From the NCBI GenBank assembly GCA_020848075.1, contig JADLAV010000084.1, positions 4,387-68,386 on the forward strand: a DNA stretch of 64,000 nt. The letters are read 5' to 3'. Shown piece by piece: positions 8,931 through 17,208 of this stretch. The DNA is from Burkholderiales bacterium. Its GTDB lineage: Bacteria > Pseudomonadota > Gammaproteobacteria > Burkholderiales > SG8-39. How positions within the stretch are numbered: the stretch's first letter is position 1; every line of letters begins with the position of its first letter. The position numbers and the translations under genes were made by a program. Below the pieces are notes generated by a model that made no database searches, was not told the DNA's origin, and worked only from the letters and a program-made list of their open reading frames with translations.

Positions 8931-10145
8931 ATGGACTTCGAATTCAGCCCGAAGGTGAAGGCACTCCAGGCGAAGCTCGCCGCGTTCATGGAGACCCACG
9001 TCCACCCCAGCGAGAACAGGTACTGGGAGGAGGCCGAGGAGAACCGCGCGCAGGGCAACGCGTGGGTGCCGACGCGAATCGTCGAGGAGCTGAAGCCCAA
9101 GGCGCGCGCTGAGGGTCTGTGGAACCTGTGGCGGCCGAAGGATCACGGCGGCACGCTCACGAACCTCGAATACGCGCCGCTCTGCGAGATCATGGGGCGC
9201 GTGACGTGGGCGCCCGAGGTGTTCAACTGCTCGGCGCCCGACACCGGCAACATGGAAGTGCTGCTGCGCTACGGCACGCCGGAGCAGCAGGACCGCTGGC
9301 TCGCACCGCTCCTCGAGGGAAAGATCCGCTCGGCGTTCCTGATGACCGAGCCGGGCGTCGCCTCGTCGGATGCCACCAACGTGCAGTGCCGCATCGAGCG
9401 GCGCGGCGTCGAGTACGTGATCAACGGCCACAAGTGGTGGTCCTCGGGCGCGGGCGACCCGCGCTGCCGGATCTACATCGTCATGGGCAAAACCGACCCG
9501 GACAATGCGAACCGGCACAAGCAGCAGTCGATGGTCCTCGTGCCGGCCGATGCGCCGGGGGTCAAGATCATGCGCGCACTGCGGGTGTTCGGGTTCGACG
9601 ATGCGCCGCACGGCCACATGGAGATCGCGCTGAAGGACGTGCGCGTGCCCGCGGCCAACATGCTGCTAGGCGACGGGCGCGGCTTCGAGATCGCGCAGGG
9701 CCGTCTCGGCCCGGGCCGGATCCATCACTGCATGCGCGTCATCGGCCAGGCGGAGCGCGCCCTCGAGCTCATGTGCAAGCGCCTGAAGAAGCGCGTCGCC
9801 TTCGGGAAGCCGGTGGCCGAGCACGGCGTCTGGCACGAGCGGATCGCCGAGTCGCGCATCAGGATCGAGCAGGCGCGCCTGCTCACGCTCAAGGCGGCGC
9901 ACATGATGGATACCGTCGGGAACAAGGTCGCGAAGGCGGAGATCGCGATGATCAAGGTGCTCGCGCCGACGATGGCGCAGCAGGTGATCGACTGGGCGAT
10001 CCAGGCGCACGGCGGCGGCGGCGTGTGCCAGGAGTTTCCGCTCGCGTGGATGTACTCTTGGAACCGCTGCCTGCGCCTCGCCGACGGCCCGGACGAGGTG
10101 CACCGGGCGCAGATCGCCAAGATCGAGCTGGGGAAGTATCTGTGA
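8931..10145 (+). CDS. Acyl-CoA dehydrogenase, ACAD10/11 C-terminal-like
   Basis: 404 aa. [26 protein letters not shown]...LWNLW...[12 protein letters not shown]...GGGG.. is a typical ACAD fold sequence. GAGGAG RBS. Confidence 0.9.
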   Translation: MDFEFSPKVKALQAKLAAFMETHVHPSENRYWEEAEENRAQGNAWVPTRIVEELKPKARAEGLWNLWRPKDHGGTLTNLEYAPLCEIMGRVTWAPEVFNCSAPDTGNMEVLLRYGTPEQQDRWLAPLLEGKIRSAFLMTEPGVASSDATNVQCRIERRGVEYVINGHKWWSSGAGDPRCRIYIVMGKTDPDNANRHKQQSMVLVPADAPGVKIMRALRVFGFDDAPHGHMEIALKDVRVPAANMLLGDGRGFEIAQGRLGPGRIHHCMRVIGQAERALELMCKRLKKRVAFGKPVAEHGVWHERIAESRIRIEQARLLTLKAAHMMDTVGNKVAKAEIAMIKVLAPTMAQQVIDWAIQAHGGGGVCQEFPLAWMYSWNRCLRLADGPDEVHRAQIAKIELGKYL

Positions 10146-10186
10146 GCGGCGAAGTATCCCTGAGCGGGGCGTCAGGCGACGGCTGG

Positions 10187-10292
10187 AACCACTCCGCCGC
10201 TCTCGGCGGCAGCCGTCCTTGAAAAGGCGGGGATCGGTTTTCTCCCCTCCTCCTTGAGGAGGGGTGGGACGCGAAGCGTGACGGGGTGGTGG
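10187..10292. repeat. GC-rich double-hairpin repeat, inverted pair (same family as 8732-8904)
   Basis: AACCACTCCGCCGCTCTCGGCGGCAGCCGTCCTTGAAAAGGCGGGGA followed by TCCCCTCCTCCTTGAGGAGGGGTGGGACGCGAAGCGTGACGGGGTGGTG. Confidence 0.6.
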
Positions 10293-10317
10293 CGGGTACA
10301 GCGACAGGGAGAGGCGG

Positions 10318-10968
10318 ATGGTGAAGCTCTGCGGAATCCGGATCAGCAACTACCACAACAAAGTGCGCCTCGCGGCGCTCGAGAAGGGCATCGCGTTCGA
10401 GGAGAACGACCAGTGCGCGCCCTCGCGCGACGAGGCTCACCTCGAACGCTCGGCGATGGGGAAGGTTCCCTACCTCGAGGTGAACGGCGAGACTCTCACC
10501 GAGTCGCAGGCGATCTGCGAGTATCTCGAGGAGGCGTATCCCGAGAAGCCGCTCTATCCGCGGGATCCGTGGCAGCGCGCCAAGGTGCGTGAGCTGATCA
10601 GCTACCTCGAGCTGCACGTGGAGCTCGTCTCCCGCCGGCTGCACAAGCAGGCGTTCTACGGCGGGGCGGTTTCGGACGAATCGAAGGCGCAGGTCGAGCG
10701 CGAGCTCACCCGGGGGCTCAAGGCGCTCGGCCGGCTGGCGAAATTCGCGCCGATGCTGGCCGGACCGGAGCTCACGCTCGCCGACGTCTGCGCCTTCGTT
10801 CATCTGCCTCTGGTAGCCACCGTGACGCGGCTCGTGCTCGGCCGCGACCTGGTCGAAGAACTGCTCCCGCAGGCGAAGCCGTATCTCAAGGCGCTCGGCG
10901 AGCGGCCGGCATTCCAGCGGGTCGCCGCCGATCGCAAGGCCGCCACGGACGCGCGCCGCAAGAAGTAG
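10318..10968 (+). CDS. Glutathione S-transferase family protein
   Basis: 216 aa with a thioredoxin-like N-domain (KLCGIRISNYHNKVRLAALEKGI...GKVPYLEVNGETLTESQAICEYL) and a helical C-domain. Confidence 0.85.
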   Translation: MVKLCGIRISNYHNKVRLAALEKGIAFEENDQCAPSRDEAHLERSAMGKVPYLEVNGETLTESQAICEYLEEAYPEKPLYPRDPWQRAKVRELISYLELHVELVSRRLHKQAFYGGAVSDESKAQVERELTRGLKALGRLAKFAPMLAGPELTLADVCAFVHLPLVATVTRLVLGRDLVEELLPQAKPYLKALGERPAFQRVAADRKAATDARRKK

Positions 10969-11251
10969 CGGGGGGGCGCGCCGAGCGCCGCTTGCAGCGC
11001 CATCTTCAGGGTATCGAGCTCGGCGGTCACGGGCGTCTGGGCGAGAGTGATGCATCGATGATAGTCGCAAGACCGTGCCGCCGCCCGATGACGAACGCGA
11101 TGAATAGCGCACAGCGACGCCCGCAATGCGCGTCCGGCTGTGACGAATTCGGCATGCGCTTCGGGCGGCCTGCCCGGACAATTTGCCGTGGCGGCGCACG
11201 GTGCGCCGCCACGACCGACCCCCCACAGAGACGGAGCGCGGCATTGGCACG

Positions 11252-11707
11252 ATGGCGGAAAGCGCGAGGACGTTCAACCCCGAGCTGATCGATCGGCTGG
11301 CGGAGATCCTGATGCCCTACGCCGGGGCGTATGCGCTCACGATGGTCCGGCGGGCGACGCGGGCAGCGCAGGATCCGCAGGGGCTCTGCCATGCGGTCGC
11401 GGCGCGTATCAACGACGACGCGAGCCGCCGCGAATTCCTGCGCCGGGCATATGGCGCCGCCAATCTGCCGAAGGCGCCCTTCGACCGGCGCGAATCCGGC
11501 CGCCCGCGTCCGGTCGATCAGACCATCGAGCGGCGCGCGCGCGAGGCGCTGCTCGAAGCCTTCGCGATGTACGCTCGCGGCCTGGTGGTGCTCGAGACCG
11601 GGCGGGCGTCGGGTCCGCGCGACTTCATCCAGCGACTGGCCGAAAAGATCCCGAGCGGCGCGGCGCGCGAGATCTTCCTCAAGAAATTTCGCGCCGACGA
11701 GCGCTGA
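11252..11707 (+). CDS. Hypothetical protein made of two copies of a ~55-aa helical repeat
   Basis: The ORF 11183..11707 is trimmed to the ATG at 11252 (MAESARTFNPELIDRLAEIL...). Third-position GC is high. The two halves align: LIDRLAEILMPYAGAYALTMVRRATRAAQDPQGLCHAVAARINDDASRREFLRRA versus IERRAREALLEAFAMYARGLVVLETGRASGPRDFIQRLAEKIPSGAAREIFLKKF. Confidence 0.55.
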   Translation: MAESARTFNPELIDRLAEILMPYAGAYALTMVRRATRAAQDPQGLCHAVAARINDDASRREFLRRAYGAANLPKAPFDRRESGRPRPVDQTIERRAREALLEAFAMYARGLVVLETGRASGPRDFIQRLAEKIPSGAAREIFLKKFRADER

Positions 11708-11891
11708 GCGCGCCGGCCGCACCCCTCACCGCGCCTCGAGCACCTGCTGCACCGGGCGGTCGACGCGAGGGCCGACGGGTGCCCCTGCGGCTCACGCACG
11801 CGTCGCCCGGGCGCGCCGATAGTGCGACGATGCCGGGGCGCAGCGCTCCGGTCCGATCCGCGGCGCGTCACCGCACTGGAGGACCCGGGCG

Positions 11892-12950
11892 ATGCGGAAG
11901 ATCAAGGAAATGCTGGCGTCGTTTGCGCGGCCGCGCTTCGACTGGCTGCAGATCGAGGTCGCGGGAGTCTGCAACGCCGCCTGTGGCTACTGCACGCTGA
12001 GCTGCTACAAGGGCGCGCGCGAAGGTGGCCTCATGGATATGGGGACCTTCGAACGCATCGAGCCGTATTTTTCGCGCGCGGGGCTGGTGTTCCTGCAAGG
12101 CTGGGGCGAGCCGCTGCTGCACCCGCAATTCTGGGAGATGGCGCGCCGCGCCAAGGCCTCGGGCGCGCGCGTCGGCTTCACGACGAATGGGATGCGGCTG
12201 GATGCAACCCACCTCGCGCGGCTGCTCGATACCTCGATCGACATCATGGGCGTGAGCATCGCCGGCACCACCGCGGCGACCTCGGATCGCTGGCGCCAGG
12301 GGTGCGATTTCACGCGCGTCGGCGCAGTGCTTGCCGAGCTCAAGCGCATGAAGGACACGCGCGTCGGCGAGGGGCCGGACGTGCATATCGCCTACATGCT
12401 GCTCGCCTCGGGCTGGCGGGAGCTCGAGGGGCTGCCAGCGCTGGCCGAGGCCTGGGGCGCGCGCGAAGTGGTGGTCAACAACCTGAGCTTCATCGCCGAT
12501 CCGGCCCAGCAGCAGGAATCGCTCTTCGAGCGCCCCGATCTATGGGCGCCGGTGCTCGAGCAGATCGAGACCGTGCGCGAAGAGGCGGCGAGGCGCGGCA
12601 TCCGGCTGCACTATTACCGTCCCGACCGAACAGAGCCGCATGCCCTGTGCACCGAGAACGTGCTCAACGCGTGTTTCGTGTCCTGGCAGGGCGACGTCGC
12701 GCCCTGCGTGCTGAGCAACCACAGCATCAAGGCGGGGGCCGCCCCGGTCCATTACTTTCGGGGGCAGAGCTACCCGGTCGCGATTTGTGTGTTCGGCAAT
12801 GTGAATGAAACGCCGTTCGAGGCGATCTGGAAGTCGGATGCGGCGCGTGCGTTTCGCGCCGCCTACGTGCGGCGCCAGAAGCGCGAGCATCCCGGCACCG
12901 ACGGCTTGCCCGAGCCCTGCCGGCATTGCTACAAGCTGTACGAGCCGTAG
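11892..12950 (+). CDS. Radical SAM protein with C-terminal SPASM/twitch-like Cys cluster
   Basis: 352 aa. CNAACGYC (CX3CX2C), GWGEPLLHP, and C-terminal cysteines (...CTENVLNACFVSWQGDVAPCVL...PEPCRHC). GGAGG RBS 9 nt upstream. Confidence 0.85.
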   Translation: MRKIKEMLASFARPRFDWLQIEVAGVCNAACGYCTLSCYKGAREGGLMDMGTFERIEPYFSRAGLVFLQGWGEPLLHPQFWEMARRAKASGARVGFTTNGMRLDATHLARLLDTSIDIMGVSIAGTTAATSDRWRQGCDFTRVGAVLAELKRMKDTRVGEGPDVHIAYMLLASGWRELEGLPALAEAWGAREVVVNNLSFIADPAQQQESLFERPDLWAPVLEQIETVREEAARRGIRLHYYRPDRTEPHALCTENVLNACFVSWQGDVAPCVLSNHSIKAGAAPVHYFRGQSYPVAICVFGNVNETPFEAIWKSDAARAFRAAYVRRQKREHPGTDGLPEPCRHCYKLYEP

Positions 12951-12952
12951 GG

Positions 12953-12973
12953 CGTGCGGCAAGGGGCCGCACG
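12953..12973. terminator. Hairpin between convergent genes (CGTGCGGC-AAGGG-GCCGCACG)
   Basis: Perfect 8-bp stem immediately after the radical-SAM stop. No clear U-tract. Confidence 0.35.
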
Positions 12974-13041
12974 GGCGGCTCTCGATCTCCTCGAAGTACT
13001 CGCGGCGGCAGCTGGCCCGTGCAGGTGCGCTCGCCGGCCTC

Positions 13042-13848
13042 CTACGCGGCGCGCATGGAGTTCGTGACCACCTGTGCGCTGAACGCGACGCGATCGGCGA
13101 GCAGTCGCAGCCGGCGCTCGCTCATCCCGGCCTCGGCCACCGTGACGCTCAGGCTGCCGAGGACGCTGCCCTCGCTGTCCATCACGGGCGCGGCGACGCC
13201 GATCACGCCGCGGGTCACCTCGCCGCGCGTGATGCAGTAGCCCCGCTTGCGGATCTCGCGCAGCGACGCTTGCACCTGCTCGATCGTCGTCCCCATCCCG
13301 GTGCGGCGGAACTCGGACGACTGCGTCACATAGAGCGCCTTCAGCTGTGGGGGCTTGAGGTGCGCGAGAATGACGCGCGACGCCGCGCCCCGGGCGAACG
13401 GCATCCCGCGCCCGCGCTCGTAGCCGCTGCGGATGCCAGTCGCGCCCGCCTCCTGGTGCACGCACAGGACGTGGCCCTTGTAGTAACGGCAGAGGAGCCC
13501 GATTCCGGGGACCTCCTGCGCGAGCGCTTGCAGCACAGGGCGGCCGTTGATGATGAGCGGATCGCTCGAGCGCATCGCATAGTCGAGCTCGGCGATGCGC
13601 GGCCCGAGCGTGTAGCCGATGTCGGGCAGCGAGATCACGAGGCCTGCGTCGGCGAGCACGCGCAGGTAGCGGTAGAGCGTGGATCGCGGGCAGCGCAACC
13701 GGGCCATCATCTGCTCGGGCGTCCAGCGCAGGTGGTCTTCTTCGAACAAGTCGAGGATTCCGATCATCTTCTCCAGGCTGCTGCGACGCACAACGGCCAC
13801 TTTGCGCGTGCGCCTGCGCCCGGGACGGGATCCTTGGATTTGTCTCAT
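13042..13848 (-). CDS. IclR-family transcriptional regulator
   Basis: Typical wHTH (TPEQMMARLRCPRSTLYRYLRVLADAGLV) plus an IclR effector domain. The ATG at 13848 is preferred over the GTG at 13866. Confidence 0.85.
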   Translation of the reverse strand: MRQIQGSRPGRRRTRKVAVVRRSSLEKMIGILDLFEEDHLRWTPEQMMARLRCPRSTLYRYLRVLADAGLVISLPDIGYTLGPRIAELDYAMRSSDPLIINGRPVLQALAQEVPGIGLLCRYYKGHVLCVHQEAGATGIRSGYERGRGMPFARGAASRVILAHLKPPQLKALYVTQSSEFRRTGMGTTIEQVQASLREIRKRGYCITRGEVTRGVIGVAAPVMDSEGSVLGSLSVTVAEAGMSERRLRLLADRVAFSAQVVTNSMRAA

Positions 13849-13931
13849 ATCACGAGACTTTAACACCCCGTTGGATCATCGAGCCCTTGGATGTACGATT
13901 CCAGGACTTTCCCGACCTGTTGGACTGCCAC

Positions 13932-15581
13932 ATGGATGCGAGAGCCAAACGAACCAAGCTGTCGTCCAGAGAAGCCGACCGACGGCCGATCCAGGACCTG
14001 CGCGAGTGGCTCGCGCGCGTGGACGCCATGGGTGAGCTCGTCCGCGTCCGCGAGCCGGTCGACCGCGATGAGGAGATGAGCGCCATCAGCTACCTCGTCG
14101 CCAAGCAGCATCCTTCGCCCGCCGTGCTGTTCGAGCGCGCGCGCGGGTTCGAAAAGAGCCCGATCGGCGCGCAACTGCTGTGGAACATTCTCGGCCCGAG
14201 CACCCGCAGGATCGCGCTCACGCTCGAGGAGCCGCCGGACACGCCCACGATCGAGCTCATCCGGCGCGTGAAAGACAAGCTCAAGCGGCGCATCGTGCCG
14301 CGCGAAGTGTCGCGCGCGAAGGCGCCCGTCTACGAGAATACGCTCACCGGGCGCAAGATCGATCTCGACGCGCTGCCGATTCCGCGCCACTGGCCGCGCG
14401 ATGGCGGCCGCTACGCGGGCACGGGCGATGCGGTGATCACGCGCGACCCCGACAGCGGCTACCTGAACGTCGGCACCTATCGGATGATGGTGCAGGGGAA
14501 GGCCGAGGCGGGCCTCTATCTCTCCCCGGGCAAGGACGCGCGCCTGCACATCACGCGTGCGTGGCAGCAGGGCAAGGCCATCGAGGTTGCGGCGGCCTGG
14601 GGCATCGATCCGATCTTCATGCTGGTCGGGTCGCAGACTTTCCCGAAGAACGTCTCGGAGTACGAATACGCGGGTGGCATCAAGGGCGAGCCGATTCCGG
14701 TCGTCCGCGGCGCCACTACGGACCTCCTGATTCCGGCGAACGCCGAGTTCGTCGTCGAAGGCATCATCCGGCCGAACTCGGTGAAATCCGAAGGACCCTT
14801 CGGCGAGTTCCCGGGCTACTACGGGCGGCCGGAGGCGGGCTGCCCGCTGGTGGAGATCACCGCCGTGCACCATCGCACGAAGCCCATCCTGACCAACGCG
14901 TTGATGGCGGATTACCCGTCGTGCGAACAGAGCGGGTTCTTCTCGATCATCCGCTCGGCCAAGATCTGGGACGACCTCGACAAGCTCGGCATCCCAGGCA
15001 TCTGCGGCGTCTACTCGCACCCGGCTGCCGCCGGCGGCTTCGGGATGACGATCATCAGCATCGAGCAGCGTCATGCGGGCCACGCGGCGCAGGCGCTCGC
15101 GCTCGCCGCGCAGGTCCCGGGCGGTGCCTACTACACCAAGTGGATCGTCGCGGTGGACGAGGATGTCGATCCCACCGACATGGACCAGGTGATCTGGGCG
15201 ATGGCGAGCCGCTGCAACCCGATCGACGACATCGACATCCTGCGCAACACCTGGAGCACCTGGCTCGATCCGACGCAGAACCCGCCGGAGAAGCGGCCCT
15301 ACGGCTCCAAGGCGCTGATCAACGCCTGCAAGGAGCATCGCCACCTGCCGGTCTTCTCGAAGCGCACCACGCTGCGCAAGCCCGTGTACGACAAGGTCGC
15401 GCAGCGCTGGAAGACGCTCGGGCTGCCGGGCGCGATTCCGCCCGTGCGCGCGTTCGAGGCCGAGGCCAAGGTCGCTTATCATGAGGTCGGCGGCTTCGAG
15501 CCCGGGCAGCAGCCCGGCGAGAAGAAGAAGGACAAGGGCCAGGGGAAAGACCAGCCCGCGGCGCGGGGCGCCAAATCGTGA
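13932..15581 (+). CDS. UbiD-family (de)carboxylase, paralogue 1 of a tandem pair
   Basis: NVGTYR, VSEYEYAGG and EGPFGEFPGYYGRP motifs. The ATG at 13932 is preferred to the TTG at 13887. C-terminal Lys/Gly/Gln-rich tail (GEKKKDKGQGKDQ). Confidence 0.9.
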   Translation: MDARAKRTKLSSREADRRPIQDLREWLARVDAMGELVRVREPVDRDEEMSAISYLVAKQHPSPAVLFERARGFEKSPIGAQLLWNILGPSTRRIALTLEEPPDTPTIELIRRVKDKLKRRIVPREVSRAKAPVYENTLTGRKIDLDALPIPRHWPRDGGRYAGTGDAVITRDPDSGYLNVGTYRMMVQGKAEAGLYLSPGKDARLHITRAWQQGKAIEVAAAWGIDPIFMLVGSQTFPKNVSEYEYAGGIKGEPIPVVRGATTDLLIPANAEFVVEGIIRPNSVKSEGPFGEFPGYYGRPEAGCPLVEITAVHHRTKPILTNALMADYPSCEQSGFFSIIRSAKIWDDLDKLGIPGICGVYSHPAAAGGFGMTIISIEQRHAGHAAQALALAAQVPGGAYYTKWIVAVDEDVDPTDMDQVIWAMASRCNPIDDIDILRNTWSTWLDPTQNPPEKRPYGSKALINACKEHRHLPVFSKRTTLRKPVYDKVAQRWKTLGLPGAIPPVRAFEAEAKVAYHEVGGFEPGQQPGEKKKDKGQGKDQPAARGAKS

Positions 15582-15619
15582 CCGCGAAGCGCGCGGACAA
15601 CCGGCGAAGGAGGTAGGAC

Positions 15620-17125
15620 ATGGACCGCAGCAGGATGATCGGTATCAGGAGCCTCGGCGACTGGCTGCAGCTGGTCGAGTCGATCGGCGAGCTGAAGCGC
15701 ATCAAGGCGAGCGTCGACTGGGATCTCGAGATGAGCACCATCACGTACATGGCCGGCAAGACCGTCGGCGGTCCGGCCCTCCTCTTCGAGAACATCAAGG
15801 ACCACCCGGGCGGAAGACTCCTCTTCAATCCGTTCGGCAGCAGCCTGAACCGCGTTGCGATCTCGATCCGCGAGGAACCGACCAAGGATTCGCTCGGCCT
15901 CGTGCGCAGCCTGAGCGAGAAGATGAAGAGGCGCGTGGCGCCGGTGGTCGTGGATCCGAAGGCCGCGGAGGTGAACCAGAACATCGAGACCGGCGACAAG
16001 GTCGACGTCACGCGGTTTCCCGCGCCGAAGATGTGGCCCCTCGACGGCGGCCGCTATCTCGGCACCGCCGATGCGGTCATCACCATGAATCCCGAGGACG
16101 GCCGCACCAATCTCGGCACCTACCGGCAGATGGTCCAGGGGCCGAAGCAGGTCGGCTTCTACTCCTCGCCCGGCAAGGACGCCACGCTCGACAAGCAGCG
16201 CTGGTGGGATCGCGGCCAGCCGGCGCCGGTCGCCGCGGTGTACGGCCTCGAGCCGCTCCTTTTCCTCGCCTCGTCGACGTCGTTTCCCAAGGACGTCTCC
16301 GAATACGAGTTCGCCGGCGGCATCAATGGCGCGCCGATCGAGGTGTTCCGGAGCGACATCACCCAGCTCGAGCTCCCCGCGCACGCCGAGATCATCATCG
16401 AGGGCTTCTGTCACCCGGGCAAGACCGCGCCCGAGGGCCCGTTCGGCGAGTTCACCGGGTACTACGGCCGCCCGGGCGGCGCGACGCCTTACATCGACAT
16501 CAAGGCAATCCGCTATCGCAACGATCCGATCGTCACCAGCGCGCTCATGGCCGACGGCTGGTCGAACGAGTGCGGCCTGATGTGGGGGATGGCGAAGGCC
16601 GCCAAGGTGTGGACCGATCTCAACGCGATGGGCATTCCTGGGATCCGGGGCGTCTGGTCGCCGCCCGAGGCCGCGGGCTGGGGCATGACGGTCGTGTCGA
16701 TCAAGCAGCAGTACGCCGGCCACGCCGCGCAGGTGGGCGCGCTTGCCGCGCAGTGCATGGGCGGTGCGTATTTCACCAAGTACATCGTGGTGGTGGACGA
16801 CGACGTCGATCCGACCGATCTCGGCGACGTGGCGTGGGCGATGGTCACGCGCTCGCGGCCGGCGCAGTCGATCGACATCCTGCGCGAGACCTGGAGCACC
16901 TACCTCGATCCGAGCCAGAACCCGCCCGAGATCCGGCCGTGGGGCTCCAAGTGCATCATCAACGCCTGCAAGGAGTACAAGCACATCAAGTCGTTCGCGC
17001 GCCGCAGCCAGTTGAAGCGCGAAGTGTACGAATCGGTCTGCGCGCGCTGGAGTGAGCTCGGCCTCGACGGCGAGCCGCCCCGCATCACCCACTTCGAGGA
17101 CTTCGAGGGCCAGGTCACCAGCTGA
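15620..17125 (+). CDS. UbiD-family (de)carboxylase, paralogue 2 of a tandem pair
   Basis: NLGTYR, VSEYEFAGG and EGPFGEFTGYYGRP motifs. Strong GAAGGAGG RBS. Clearly homologous along its full length to the preceding gene. Confidence 0.9.
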   Translation: MDRSRMIGIRSLGDWLQLVESIGELKRIKASVDWDLEMSTITYMAGKTVGGPALLFENIKDHPGGRLLFNPFGSSLNRVAISIREEPTKDSLGLVRSLSEKMKRRVAPVVVDPKAAEVNQNIETGDKVDVTRFPAPKMWPLDGGRYLGTADAVITMNPEDGRTNLGTYRQMVQGPKQVGFYSSPGKDATLDKQRWWDRGQPAPVAAVYGLEPLLFLASSTSFPKDVSEYEFAGGINGAPIEVFRSDITQLELPAHAEIIIEGFCHPGKTAPEGPFGEFTGYYGRPGGATPYIDIKAIRYRNDPIVTSALMADGWSNECGLMWGMAKAAKVWTDLNAMGIPGIRGVWSPPEAAGWGMTVVSIKQQYAGHAAQVGALAAQCMGGAYFTKYIVVVDDDVDPTDLGDVAWAMVTRSRPAQSIDILRETWSTYLDPSQNPPEIRPWGSKCIINACKEYKHIKSFARRSQLKREVYESVCARWSELGLDGEPPRITHFEDFEGQVTS

Positions 17126-17208
17126 CTCGTCCCCCCCGGGGGCGGCGTGCGCCCGGAGAAAGCCGCCCGCGCAAGAAGGCGGCATCCGCGGAAAGGAGGA
17201 GAAGGGCA

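Noticed and set aside
11245-11260. A TGGCAC hexamer just before the hypothetical gene, and another at 45247-45252, as possible sigma54 -24 elements.
   Set aside because: There is no TTGC(A/T) -12 element at the correct 5-nt spacing. The first abuts the ATG directly.
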